Under the pieces are notes generated by a model. The model had not been told where the DNA came from. It did not search any database and worked only from the letters and a program-made list of their open reading frames with translations. The translations under genes were made by a program, and so were the position numbers. From assembly GCA_002269645.1 (NCBI GenBank), contig NIVC01003567.1:1-64000 (forward strand): a stretch of DNA of 64,000 nucleotides. Reading direction: 5' to 3'. Shown one piece after another: positions 30,301 through 42,521 of this stretch (position 1 is the stretch's first letter; each line of letters starts with the position of its first letter). Origin of the DNA: Macrostomum lignano. Taxonomy: Eukaryota.

Positions 30301-31640
30301 CGCAGCCTCACCGCAATCAGCGGCTTCTTTCGCTTCTTCCTGCAGCAGCAGACCGGGCAGCAGCCGAAGCAGGCGGTCACCATGGCAACCAGACCCAGGG
30401 CCAGGCAAGCCGCCCCAGCCGGCATCGTCAAGGACGCCAGGTTGCTAAGGAGTTGCCGGGCGTCAATGTCGGACGAGCCGAGAGCGGAGTTGAGCTGCTG
30501 GCTGAGGCCGTCCGCGACCGATAGAGCTGGCGGGTACAGGGCGACCAGCAGCTGGTAGCCCCACACAAGCAGAACGCCAAGCAGGAGCAGCAATAGGGAG
30601 AGCATCTGGTGCGATGGAATTTGATTTTCCAACTAACGTAAAGTTCACGTTTTCTCCGCTGTTCACATTCACCGATTTTGCGATTTCTCGAATTTCACAA
30701 TTCTCAGATATCACCTCCCCCGAATAGCACATTACCCAAATAGCACATTCCCCCAATGCCCCATTCCCCGAATAGCACATTCCCCCAATGCCCCATTCCC
30801 CGAATAGCACATTCCCCCAATGCCCCATTCCCCGAATAGCACATTCCCAAAATAGCACATTACCCGAATATCCCATTTCCCAAGTATTAGATGCCCTAAA
30901 TATCCCATTCCCCAAGTATCAGATTCCCTAAATATCCCGTTCCCCAAGTATCAGATTCCCTAAATATCCCATTCCCCAAGTATCAGATTCCCTAAATATC
31001 CCATTCCCCAAGTATCAGATTCCCTAAATATCCCATTCCCCAAGTATCAGATTCCCTAAATATCCCATTCCCCAAGTATCAGATTCCCTAAATACCCCGT
31101 TCCCCAAGTATCAGATTCCCTAAATATCCCATTCCCCAAGTATCAGATTCCCCAAATATCCCATTCCCTAAATATCCCATTCCCCAAATATCCCATTCCC
31201 TAAATATCCTATTCCCTAATATCACATTCCCCAAATATCCCATTCCCTGAATATCCCATTCCCTAATATCAAATTCCCTAAATATCTCATTCGCCAAGTA
31301 TCAGATTCCCTAAATATCTCATTCCCCAATATCAAATTCCCCAAATATCCCATTTCCTAAATATCCCATTCCCTAATATCACATTCCCCAAATATCCCAT
31401 TCCCTAAGTATCCCATTCCCAAGTATCCCATTCCTCAAGTATCAGATTCCCCAAAATATCCCATTCCTGTAGTAGCACATTCCCTAAATCCTCAAGATGC
31501 TAGAACCCAGCCCCAAGCTGCGCATTCACGATGATTCAAAGCTGTTGATGAAGCTGCTGACTCACCATCGCCAGCACGTTGACGACAACCAGAAATACGG
31601 TGCAGACATTGTTGCTGCAGATCAGAAGGCTCGATGGCAT
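27345..31640 (-). CDS. Tetraspanin, 316 aa, 6 exons
   Basis: Exons 31640-31566, 30605-30312, 29530-29456, 28755-28548, 28086-27887, 27443-27345 join in phase. Four TM segments, EC2 CCG, PITCC and GC motifs. AATAAA on the minus strand at 27201-27206. Confidence 0.92.
27495..27825. repeat. Intronic minisatellite, 29-30 bp x ~11 (tetraspanin intron 5)
   Basis: Unit GGGGTAAGAGGGTTAGAGGCTGTGTACATT. Confidence 0.9.
28130..28535. repeat. Intronic minisatellite, 15-16 bp (tetraspanin intron 4)
   Basis: Unit GAGTGGCAGATTCA(AT/G). Confidence 0.9.
28790..29365. repeat. Intronic minisatellite, 23 bp x ~25 (tetraspanin intron 3)
   Basis: Unit GGTGTCTCTGTGAGGGTGTACA(G/T). Confidence 0.93.
29600..30295. 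repeat. Intronic minisatellite, 10/20 bp with higher-order structure (tetraspanin intron 2)
   Basis: Unit CAACAGAGGTCAACGGGGAT with a periodic ACCGGTATCGATACAGGT variant. Confidence 0.9.
30715..31460. repeat. Two adjacent 32-bp/16-bp minisatellites (tetraspanin intron 1)
   Basis: CCCCGAATAGCACATTCCCCCAATGCCCCATT, then ATCCCATTCCCCAAGTATCAGATTCCCTAAAT. Confidence 0.9.
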
Positions 31641-32315
31641 TACGTGTGCCTTTGATTAACAATTTTTTAAGATGTCAATATATAAAATATAAGTTTGATT
31701 CTGAAATCCGTGCGAGTCTCTGAGATTTGCATGGAGAAGCTGATCCGGGAGCTGATGAATTACCTATAAAGGCATTGTGCTTTAAATCATTCATGACGCG
31801 CATCCTGAGCATACGGGATCCGATCCCTGAGCCAGTGCGCCATGGCTATGGACAGTCCGAAAGGCCTTAACGTCACCATGGCAACTGCAGCACTGGTCTA
31901 ACAATCCACTCACGCATTCAAACAAAATTTATTCACCAATCTGTGAAGCTTGTAAAGTTTCCGTGAACTTTTCTGAGCATTTTCATGGCTATATTATCTA
32001 AATAATAGAGAGCCAAAAATAGTTCTTTTTAATCACCATTACGGATACTATACGGTTATATTTATTACACTATACATCTATTTCAGGCAAGTGAAAAAGC
32101 TTTGATACACAACTTTGAAAAAACCTTCAATTTCAACCATCCAATTTCCCACACAAAGCCTTTCGAAAGCATACTATTTCAGCAGAACTTTAAAGCGGCA
32201 AAACAAAGAAAAATAACTTTTCGCAACCAAAATGCGATTTTTACTACTGCTATTGATTAAAAAAATAAGTAGCATGCTTAGGACATGTTATTTTTCTATT
32301 CTATAGAAAAGCGTC

Positions 32316-35300
32316 TCAGAAACCGCACGAGTTGCCGACATCTACTGTGGTGTCGTCGCAGGACGGAGTTTCTGCCGGGCTGCCGGGCAGGTCGCAGCTG
32401 GGAGGCTGCGGATGCTGGAAGTAGCGGTGCTGATGAGGCTGCTGCTGCTGATGCTGGTAGGGGTAGTGCGGGTAGCCGACGTGTTGAGGCGGCAGCAGCC
32501 ACCACGGAGCGGCGGCGGTGGCGGCGGCGGCGGCGGCAGCGGCCACGCTGGGCCAGGGATACGCGGCCACCGGCTGCTGCTGGCTGGGCGTCAGGCCGCC
32601 GCCCTGCTGGTAACCATGGCAACAGCCGTAGCCGCCAGTCGAGTAATAGCCCGAATGGAAGCCAAACTGAGGCGGTGACTCCGGCGATGCCTCCACGGAG
32701 GCGGCCGGCGGCTGCGGATGCGGCGACTGCCAGGTCGGCGGCGGCGGCGGCGGCGGTGGCGGATGAGCTGCCGGGAGCTCCGTTGAGGCCGGCGCTGTCT
32801 GCTGAACCGCCTTCTCGACTCGGAACTTCCTGGTGCGCCGGCGCGGCGAGCCCGTGCCGAACATGTCGCCAGCCTGAGGGTGCAGGCGCCAGTAGTGGCC
32901 CTTGCTGCCCGCCGGAGCCTTGCCGGCCTTCTGGAAGCAGTCGTTCAGGCTGAGGTTGTGCCTGACGGAGTTCTGCCAGCGGCGCTGGCTCGCTGTGTCC
33001 CGGAAGTAGGCCCAGCGGCTGCGCATGAAAGCGTAGATCTCGCTGAGGGTCAGCCGGCCTGGGGGAAGATGGCAGGTTGGAGATTGGGCATTTTTTATTA
33101 TAGGCGGTCGCTGCGACATGCTACTTGAGTGAAGTAGTGAAGTGTGAACGTATGCGGTAAAATTTTCCATTGTTGATTTGAATTTTTTATCAACCACCCT
33201 CTATCTACTATCTCAATCTACCAATCTACTATCTCAATCTACCGATCCACCATCTCAACCTACCAATCTACCATCTCAATCTACCAATCTACCATCTCAA
33301 TGTACCTATCTACCATGTCAATCTACCCATCTACCATGTCAACCTACCAATCTACCATCTCAATCTACCAATCTACCATGTCAATCTACCCATCTACCAT
33401 GTCAACCTACCAATCTACCATCTCAATCTACCAATCTACCATATCTATCCATCTACTATCTCTATCTACCCATCTATCTCATTCTACCGATCCACCATCT
33501 CAATCTACTGATCTACCATCTAAATTTACTGATGTACCAACCGATCTATCATATCAATCTACGCATCTACCATGTCAATCTACCTACACACCATCGGGAG
33601 TGGTAATCATCAAGCTACCACCCCAATCTACCCATCTACCATCTCAATCTACCCTTCTACCAACCCCATCTACCAGCCCAATCTACCATCTACCATCTTA
33701 ATTTACCCATCTACCATTTCTGTCTGCCGGCCAATCTATGAAAAAGAAGTCAAAATGTCAAAAGCGCCCCCAACTCACCTTCAGGGGAACTCTTGATCGC
33801 CATGCTGATGATTGCCACATAGGACAGGTCGGGCCGTTGCAGATGCTCCATCAGAGGCTGCTGCAGCTGGGCCTGATTCAGCATTTCAGGATACTGTGGC
33901 TGCTGCTGCTGCTCCAACATTGCTGCTTCGGCCGACGATGGAGCTACTTCGGCGAAGCTGCGAAAGAAAGGGGAAGGTTTGAGAATCAGTTTGCTCAAAT
34001 TTATAATTGCTCAGATTATGAGCAAGATCGAGCTTGAGTAGAGTTTGAGCTCGCTGCTAACTGTATATAAAAAGTGAGAGAGGGCGAGAGGGACTGAGAG
34101 AGGGTGAGAGGGACTGAGAGAGGGTGGAAGGAACTGAGAGAGGGTGAGAGGAACTGAGAGAGGGTGAGAGGAACTGAGAGAGGGTGAGAGGATCTGAGAG
34201 AGTGAGAGGAACTGAGAGAGGGTGAGAGGAACTGAGAGAGGGTGAGAGGAACTGAGAGAGGGTGAGAGGAACTGAGAGAGGGTGAGAGGAACTGAGAGAG
34301 AGTGAGAGGAACTGAGAGAGTGAGAGGAACTGAGAGGGTGAGAGGATCTGAGAGAGGGTGAGAGGAACTGAGAGATGGTGAGAGGAACTGAGAGAGGGTG
34401 AGAGGAACTGAGAGAGGGTGAGAGGAATTGAGAGATGGTGAGAGGAACTGAGAGAGGGTGAGAGGAACTGAGAGAGGGTGAGAGGAATTGAGAGATGGTG
34501 AGAGGAACTGAGAGAGGGTGAGAGGAACTGAGAGAGGGTGAGAGGATCTGAGAGAGGGTGAGAGGAACTGAGAGAGGGTGAGAGGAACTGAGAGAGGGTG
34601 AGAGGAACTGAGAGAGGGTGAGAGGAACTGAGAGAGGGTGAGAGGAACTGAGAGAGGGTGAGAGGAACTGAGAGAGGGTGAGAGGAACTGAGAGAGGGTG
34701 AGAGGAACTGAGAGAGGGTGAGAGGAACTGAGAGAGGGTGAGAGGAACTGAGAGAGGGTGAGAGGAACTGAGAGAGGGTGAGAGGAACTGAGAGAGGGTG
34801 AGAGGAACTGAGAGAGGGTGAGAGGAACTGAGAGAGGGTAAGAGGAACTGAGAGAGGGTGAGAGGAACTGAGAGAGGGTGAGAGGGACCTAGAGAGGGTG
34901 AGAGGAACTGAGAGAGGGTGAGAAGAAACTGAGAGAGGGTGAGAGGAACTGAGAGAGGGTGAGAGGAACTGAGAGAGGGTGAGAGGAACTGAGAGAGGGT
35001 GAGAGGAACTGAGAGAGGGTGAGAGGAACTGAGAGAGGGTGAGAGGAACTGAGAGAGGGTGAGAGGAATTGAGAGATGGTGAGAGGAACTGAGAGAGGGT
35101 GAGAGGAATTGAGAGATGGTGAGAGAAACTGAGAGAGGGTGAGAGGAACTGAGAGAGGGTGAGAGGAACTGAGAGAGGGTGAGAGGAACTGAAAGAGGGT
35201 GAGAGGAACTGAGAGAGGGTGAGAGGAATTGAGAGATGGTGAGAGGAACTGAGAGAGGGTGAGAGGAACTGAGAGAGGGTGAGAGGAACTGAGAGAGGGT

Positions 35301-36469
35301 GAGAGGAACTGAGAGAGGGTGAGAGGAACTGAGAGAGGTGAGAGGAACTGAGAGAGGGTGAGAGGAACTGAGAGAGGGTGAGAGGAACTGAGAGAGGGTG
35401 AGAGGAACTGAGAGAGGGTGAGAGGAACTGAGAGAGGGTGAGAGGAACTGAGAAAGGGTGAGAGGAACTGAGAGAGGGTGAGAGGATCTGAGAGAGGGTG
35501 AGAGGAACTGAGAGAGGGTGAGAGGAACTGAGAGAGGGTGAGAGGATCTGAGAGAGGGTGAGAGGAACTGAGAGAGGGTGAGAGGATCTGAGAGATGGTG
35601 AGAGGAACTGAGAGAGGGTGAGAGGATCTGAGAGAGACAGTGAGAGGAACTGAGAGAGGGTGAGAGGATCTGAGAGAGGATGAGAGGAACTGAGAGAGGG
35701 TGAGAGGATCTGAGAGATGGTGAGAGGAACTGAGAGAGGTTGAGAGGATCTGAGAGAGGGTGAGAGGATCTGAGAGAGGGTGAGAGGAACTGAGAGAGGG
35801 TGAGAGGAACTGAGAAAGGGTGAGAGGAACTGAGAGAGGGTGAGAGGATCTGAGAGAGGGTGAGAGGATCTGAGAGAGGGTGAGAGGAACTGAGAGAGGG
35901 TGAGAGGAACTGAGAGATGGTGAGAGGAACTGAGAGAGACAGTGAGAAGAACTGAGAGAGACAGTGAGAGGAACTGAGAGAGGGTGAGAGGAACTGAGAG
36001 AGGGTGAGAGGATCTGAGAGATGGTGAGAGGAACTGAGAGAGGGTGAGAGGATCTGAGAGAGGGTGAGAGGATCTGAGAGAGGGTGAGAGGAACTGAGAG
36101 AGGTTGGAAGGAACTGAGAGAGGGTGAGAGGAACTGAGAGAGGGTGAGAGGAACTGAGAGAGACAGTGAGAGGAACTGAGAGAGGGTGGAAGGATCTGAG
36201 AGAGGGTGAGAGGAACTGAGAGAGGGTGAGAGGAACTGAGAGAGGGTGAGAGGAACTGAGAGAGGGTGAGAGGAACTGAGAGAGGGTGAGAGGAACTGAG
36301 AGATGGTGAGAGGAACTGAGGAGAGAAGGCACATATAGACCGGGGGCACATTTAAGAATTATATCGAGACCAGCATGTCATTGAAAAAGTACAAGCCTGC
36401 AAATAATATTTAAATAAAATCTGTCACAGAGCAGGCAACTCACTTGTGATAGAAGCCTCCGTTGTCCAT
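32316..36469 (-). CDS. Forkhead-box transcription factor, divergent, 315 aa, 3 exons (class unassigned)
   Basis: Exons 36469-36444, 33957-33779, 33058-32316 join in phase. Forkhead domain RPDLSYVAIISMAIKSSPEG|RLTLSEIY...WQNSVRHNLSLNDCFQK...KGHYWRLHP...FGTGSPRRRTRKF. Confidence 0.92.
33200..33720. repeat. Degenerate 10-11 bp minisatellite (Fox intron 2)
   Basis: ATCTACCATCTCA / ATCTACC units. Confidence 0.85.
34075..36325. repeat. Polypurine minisatellite, 20 bp x ~110 (Fox intron 1)
   Basis: Unit GGTGAGAGGAACTGAGAGAG. Confidence 0.97.
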
Positions 36470-36586
36470 TCGGTGAGTGAGCTGAGTGCGAGATCCTCAG
36501 TAGCTGGAGCAAACCAATGAATACAAAAATTTGGGCAAAAATTTGGGTAAAAAATCCTAGGCAAGCATGCGCTGCTGCCCGTCGAG

Positions 36587-36654
36587 TTTTATAAGACCGG
36601 AGGCACCAGCGTTTGCTCGGCAGCCAATGGGGGCAGCTGGGGCGAGGCGATTGG
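36587..36654 (-). promoter_or_regulatory. Putative Fox core promoter: TATA box and two CCAAT boxes
   Basis: CTTATAAAA on the minus strand at 36587-36595, ~120 bp upstream of the ATG. CCAAT at 36624 and ATTGG at 36650, with GC-rich flanks. Confidence 0.6.
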
Positions 36655-37189
36655 CTGAGGGAGGGCTGCCGGGGGCTGCCGGGGGCTGCTCCATGCCTCG
36701 GTCGCAGGGGGGGGGGCGGCGCTAAGTCCCGGGGGCGATTGCTCGAGCTCGGCTTTGAGTCCGAGTTTAATTCCGTAACAATAGAAGCTCGAGGCAGGGG
36801 CGATTTGCAGCAGAATTAAGTGAACAATCGGGCCGAGAGAGAGAGGGTTTGGGAAGTCATTTCCAGGGGGATCTCTGCGAGGGAATGGCTGGGATGACGT
36901 AATCCAGTGGCAAAATGTGCGAATACTGTTGGCTTTGAGACTGCCAGTGAGTCAGGACGGACTTGGAGAGAACGCGCGGGATTGAGGGAAAGTCACTGCG
37001 AACTCCTGAAGGTGCCAATCGCATGTCTGCAACTCGGATCGGGCTGCTTCGGAAAGACTGAACATATTGGATGCGATGGAATGAGCTGACTTGACGATTT
37101 TAGATTGTTGTTTTGGATGCAAAGTTTGGAGATTCTAATAGCTCCTAAGTTTGGTTAAAAATGTAATTTGATTCTGTAAGTGGCGCCAG

Positions 37190-37860
37190 ATAGATCTTGG
37201 GTTTAGCGCCAGATAGATTTTGTGTTTAGCGCCAGATAGATCTTGTGTTTAGTGTTAGATAATTCTTGCGTTTAGCGCCATGATAGATCTTGTGTTTAGC
37301 GCCAGATAGTTCTTGCGTTTAGCGTTAGATAATTCTTGCGTTTAGCGCCATGATGGATCTGTGTTTAGCGCCATATAGTTCTTGTGTTTAGCGCCAGATA
37401 GTTCTTGCGTTTAGCGCCATGATAGATCTTGTGTTTAGCGCCAGATAGATCTTGTGTTTAGCGCCAGATAGTTCTTGCGTTTAGCGCCATGATAGATCTT
37501 GTGTTTAGCGCCAGATAGATCTTGTGTTTAGCGCCAGATAGTTCTTGCGTTTAGCGCCATGATAGATCTTGTGTTTAGCGCCAGATAGTTCTTGCGTTTA
37601 GCGCCATGATAGATCCTGTGTTTAGCGCCAGATAGTTCTTGTGTTTAGCGCCAGATAATTCTTGCGTTTAGCGCCACGATGGATCTGTGTTTAGCGCCAT
37701 ATAGTTCTTGTGTTTAGTACCAGATAGATCTTGTGTTTAGCGCCAGATTTTTTAGGTGGCGCCAGAATTCCAGATAGATCCTGTGTTTAGCGCCAGACTT
37801 TGTAGGTGGCCTCAGAATGCCAGTTAGATCTTGAGAGATGCGCCAGGCAGATCCTACAGG
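37190..37860. repeat. Minisatellite, 26-28 bp alternating units
   Basis: Core TG(T/C)GTTTAGCGCCA(T)GATAG. Confidence 0.9.
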
Positions 37861-38439
37861 GCGTTACAGGCCCTTTAGGGTCACAAATTGCTGTAGGCTT
37901 CAGAGTCCAACATGGGATGAGCAGAGTCGAAGAAGATTCTGATACCACGTGGACCCCTTCTGCATCTTCAGGTACATTAAACAATTTCTCCCGAGGCAAT
38001 AAAAACAGATCAAATTTGCGGTGCAATCGCAATCACCCATGGCTCGGGCATCAGCTCAAGCGTAAACAACTCAGTAAATAACAGATTCGCTAGAAGTTAA
38101 TGTGGGCGGAGTCAGTCAGTCAGGGTGGATCCGACCGAGCCCTAAAGCGTCGAGTTCAGTTTGAATTGTATTGTATTTTCCTTAGCCGTTGTTTGGCCTG
38201 TTGCGAATGTAAGGTAGAGCCTGCTGACTGCACCGTGTGCTTCTGGATCCGTGTTTATGCAGCCTGTTTATTCATAAACCAGCGCAGCCTTGAGAGAACA
38301 GCTGGAGCACATGGCTCTTGGGGTTGGGGGGAGGGTGCTCGGGGAACTGATCTCGGTTTTGCGCCTTAAGCCCTGATGAGGTGAAAAAATTTTTTTGAGC
38401 GCTTGTTGCACTCATGAAATTGGAGTGACTTGAGAGATG

Positions 38440-38960
38440 GAGATTGACAGAGAGGAGAGATAGAGAAGGGAGATGGAGAGGGAGATGCAGAGAAGAGAGA
38501 TGGAGAGGGAGATGGAGAGCAGATGGAGAGAAGGGAGAGGGAGATGGAGAGGGAGATTGAGAGGGAGATAAAGAGGGAGATAGAGGGAGATGGGGAGGGA
38601 GATGGAGAGCAGATGGAGAGAAGGGAGATGGAGATGGAGAGGGAGATGGAGAGGGAGATAGAGGGAGATGGGGAGGGAGATGGAGAGCAGATGGAGAGAA
38701 GGGAGATGGAGATGGAGAGGGAGATAAAGAGGGAGATAGAGGGAGATGGGGAGGGAGATGGAGAGCAGATGGAGAGAAGGGAGATGGAGATGGAGAGGGA
38801 GATAAAGAGGGAGATAGAGGGAGATGGGGAGGGAGATGGAGAGCAGATGGAGAGAAGGGAGATGGAGATTGAGAGGGAGATAAAGATGGAGATAAAGAGG
38901 GAGATAGGGAGGGAGATGGAGATGGAGAGGGAGATAGAGAGGGGAGACAGAGGGGGAACT
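38440..38960. repeat. GA-rich repeat with ~69-bp higher-order unit
   Basis: GAGGGAGATGGGGAGGGAGATGGAGAGCAGATGGAGAGAAGGGAGAT blocks. Confidence 0.85.
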
Positions 38961-39279
38961 TGAGATGCAGACGCGGAGACGGACAGTGCATTCCTGTGCT
39001 GGAACAAGGCGTGATGGCTGCATTTCAGAGCCGTGAATCAAAGTACAAATTTACCAGATTTGGGGCTGGTCGTGCGCGCACAGAGCGCACTGAACACAGC
39101 AGCGGAGGCCGTCCCAGCAGCCATGGGTATCAGATGACAGTTCATCCTGTGCATGGGCGTTTAAAACGGCATGCACAGGAAAGTGGATCCGTGCTTGCAT
39201 ATCACGGGCTGCATGCGTCTGCTTCTGTGTGGAAAAAATAGCTAGGAAAAACTAAAACTAATTCATGCGTATAGCTGCA

Positions 39280-39865
39280 AGGGGCGGGTCTGGAATGGAT
39301 TAGGGGCGGGTCTGGAATTGATTAGGGGCGGGTCTGGAATTGATTAGGGGCGGGTCTGGAATGGATTAGGGGCGGGTCTGGAATGGATTAGGGGCGGGTC
39401 TGGAATGGATTAGGGGCGGGTCTGGAATGGATTAGGAGCGGGTCTGGGTCTGGATTAGGAGAGGCTCTAGAATGGATTAGGGGAGGGTCTGGAATGGATT
39501 AGGGGAGCGTCTGGAATGGATTAGGGATGGGTCTGGAATGGATTAGGAGAGGGTCTGGAACGGATTAGGGATGGGTCTGGAATGGATTAGGGATGGGTCT
39601 GGAATGGATTAGAAGAGGGTCTGGAATGGATTAGGGATGGGTCTGGAATGGATTAGGAGAGGGTCTGGAATGGATTAGGAGAGGGTCTGGAACGGATTAG
39701 GGATGGGTCTGGAATGGATTAGGGGAGGGTTTGGAATGGATTAGGGATGGGTCTGGAATGGATTAGGAGAGGGTCTGGAATGGATTAGGAGATGGTCTGG
39801 AATGGATTAGGGATGGGTCTGGAATGGATTAGGGGAGGGTTTGGAATGGATTAGAGATGGGTCTG
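39280..39865. repeat. G-rich minisatellite, 22 bp x ~26
   Basis: Unit GGG(G/A)(C/T)GGGTCTGGAATGGATTA. Confidence 0.92.
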
Positions 39866-40074
39866 TAGGTATGCACACAGATGTGATACTACGGAATTCA
39901 ACATTCCTTTAAACAAACGAGTGACTCCCAACACACAAGAACATGCACTGTTGTACGCCATTGATTTTCCTTCCGTTTCTCAGCACTGAGTAAATGGAAC
40001 GGGCTACCACTCCAGCATTTAGTTGGTCTGTTGGAAAGGCTCTACACCTTTTCTGTATCAGAAATACAGACAAG

Positions 40075-40740
<666 letters not shown>

Positions 40741-41318
40741 GCAGGGGAGATCCTGAGAGGATGCTGCTGAAAGAAACTGAAAGACAATCTGGAGATTCTG
40801 GACCAGATCGAGGTCACCAGAGGATAATTATCAGAACAAACCCCGCACAACACAAACCAGAAAATTTACAAACGCTTTCAAAAAAGATGTTTAGACCAGA
40901 CTCTTTTCTCTGGTTAGTAATATAAGGCAAAATAGTAGGCATTATATTTTTGTTGATGCATTATAAATTTTATTAATTGTATCCTTTTCGCCAGTGCAGT
41001 GGAGGCACGGGTAGACATGACAACTGGGAACAAATTCATGTAAAAGGGAAACCACAGGCCGACTGGCAGAACATGCAATTCTGTTCTTTCGCTGAACAAC
41101 AGGGCAGAGCTGAGCTGCACAACCGCATATTAACAATTGCGAAATGGAAAATATTTTAACTAGTTGATCTTTGCAAATTTTACAATGGGACAGTTTCGAA
41201 AAATATGATTATAAGTTTCAAAAGTAGCCTCAGACACACAGCAACCTCCATCCTAGCGTCTGCTTTGCAGGCACTGAGAAGCCTGGATTTATGGAAATAT
41301 TCTGAAGAGGATTTTGAA

Positions 41319-42183
41319 GATCTGGGAGGCTGGCCCAGCAACTGAGAATCTGGGAGGCTGGCCCAGCAACTGAGGATCTGGGAGGCTGGCCCAGCAACTG
41401 AGGATCTGGGAGGCTGGCCCAGCAACTGAGGATCTGGGAGGCTGGCCCAGCAACTGACACTCTGGGAGGCTGACCCAGCAACTGAGGATCTGGGAGGCTG
41501 GCCCAGCAACTGGGGATCTGGGAGGCTGGCCCAGCAACAGGGGATCTGGGAGGCTGGCCAGCAACTGAGGATCTGGGAGGCTGGCCCAGCAACTGAGGAT
41601 CTGGGAGGCTGGCCCAGCAACTGAGGATCTGGGAGGCTGGCCCAGCAACTGACACTCTGGGAGGCTGGCCCAGCAACTGACACTCTGGGAGGCTGGCCCA
41701 GCAACTGAGGATCTAGGAGGCTGGCCCAGCAACTGAGGATCTGGGAGGCTGGCCCAGCAACTGACACTCTGGGAGACTGGCCCAGCAACTGGGGATCTGG
41801 GAGGCTGGCCCAGCAACTGAGGATCTGGGAGGCTGGCCCAGCAACTGGGGGTCTGGGAGGCTGGACCACGCAACTGAGGATCTGGGAGGCTGGCCCAGCA
41901 ACTGAGGATCTGGGAGGCTGGCCCAGCAACTGAGGATCTAGGAGGCTGGCCCAGCAACTGAGGATATGGGAGGCTGGCCCAGCAACTGAGGATCTGGGAG
42001 GCTGGCCCAGCAACTGAGGATCTGGGAGGCTGGCCCAGCAACTGAGGATCTGGGAGGCTGGCCCAGCAACTGAGGATCTGGGAGGCTGGCCCAGCAACTG
42101 AGGATCTGGGAGGCTGGCCCAGCAACTGGGGATCTGGGAGGCTGGCCCAGCAACTGAGGATCTGGGAGGCTGGCGGTGGTGAC
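41319..42183. repeat. 28-bp minisatellite x ~30, copy A
   Basis: Unit CTGGGAGGCTGGCCCAGCAACTGAGGAT, ending in GGCTGGCGGTGGTGAC. Confidence 0.95.
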
Positions 42184-42521
42184 GCAGTAACATAGAATCT
42201 GCATGGCAAATTGAAACCAGAGTTAGGAAAAAAAAGTCATCGAGTACGTACTAGAACAGTTAGCAGTTGACAAAATAGTTGTGTTTCGATGGATGCTGAG
42301 CCTCAAGCCAAAAGCTCACTCAGGCACACAGCAGGAAAGAAATTCACAAGTTTTCGGGTCATAGAAAATGATCAAACACGGCTGGTATCAGTAACAATGT
42401 GTGCGACATGATCTGAGTATTGTATTGTCGATTGGTTAAGCATTTCAAGTGTCAGTTTAAGGTGTCCTCTTGGCCTGGTTGGCAAGCCAGCCGACGTCAA
42501 AAACCCAGCGAAGCAGAAATT

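Noticed and set aside
34011-36351. 773-, 764- and 486-aa Ser/Leu/Pro ORFs
   Set aside because: All three frames of the 20-bp array lying inside a phase-consistent Fox intron.
38373-38390. Hammerhead ribozyme core (CTGATGAG..GAAA)
   Set aside because: No helix II between the core motifs and no pairing flanks.
39280-39865. Interstitial telomere
   Set aside because: TTAGGG occurs singly within a 22-bp unit, not as a pure hexamer run.
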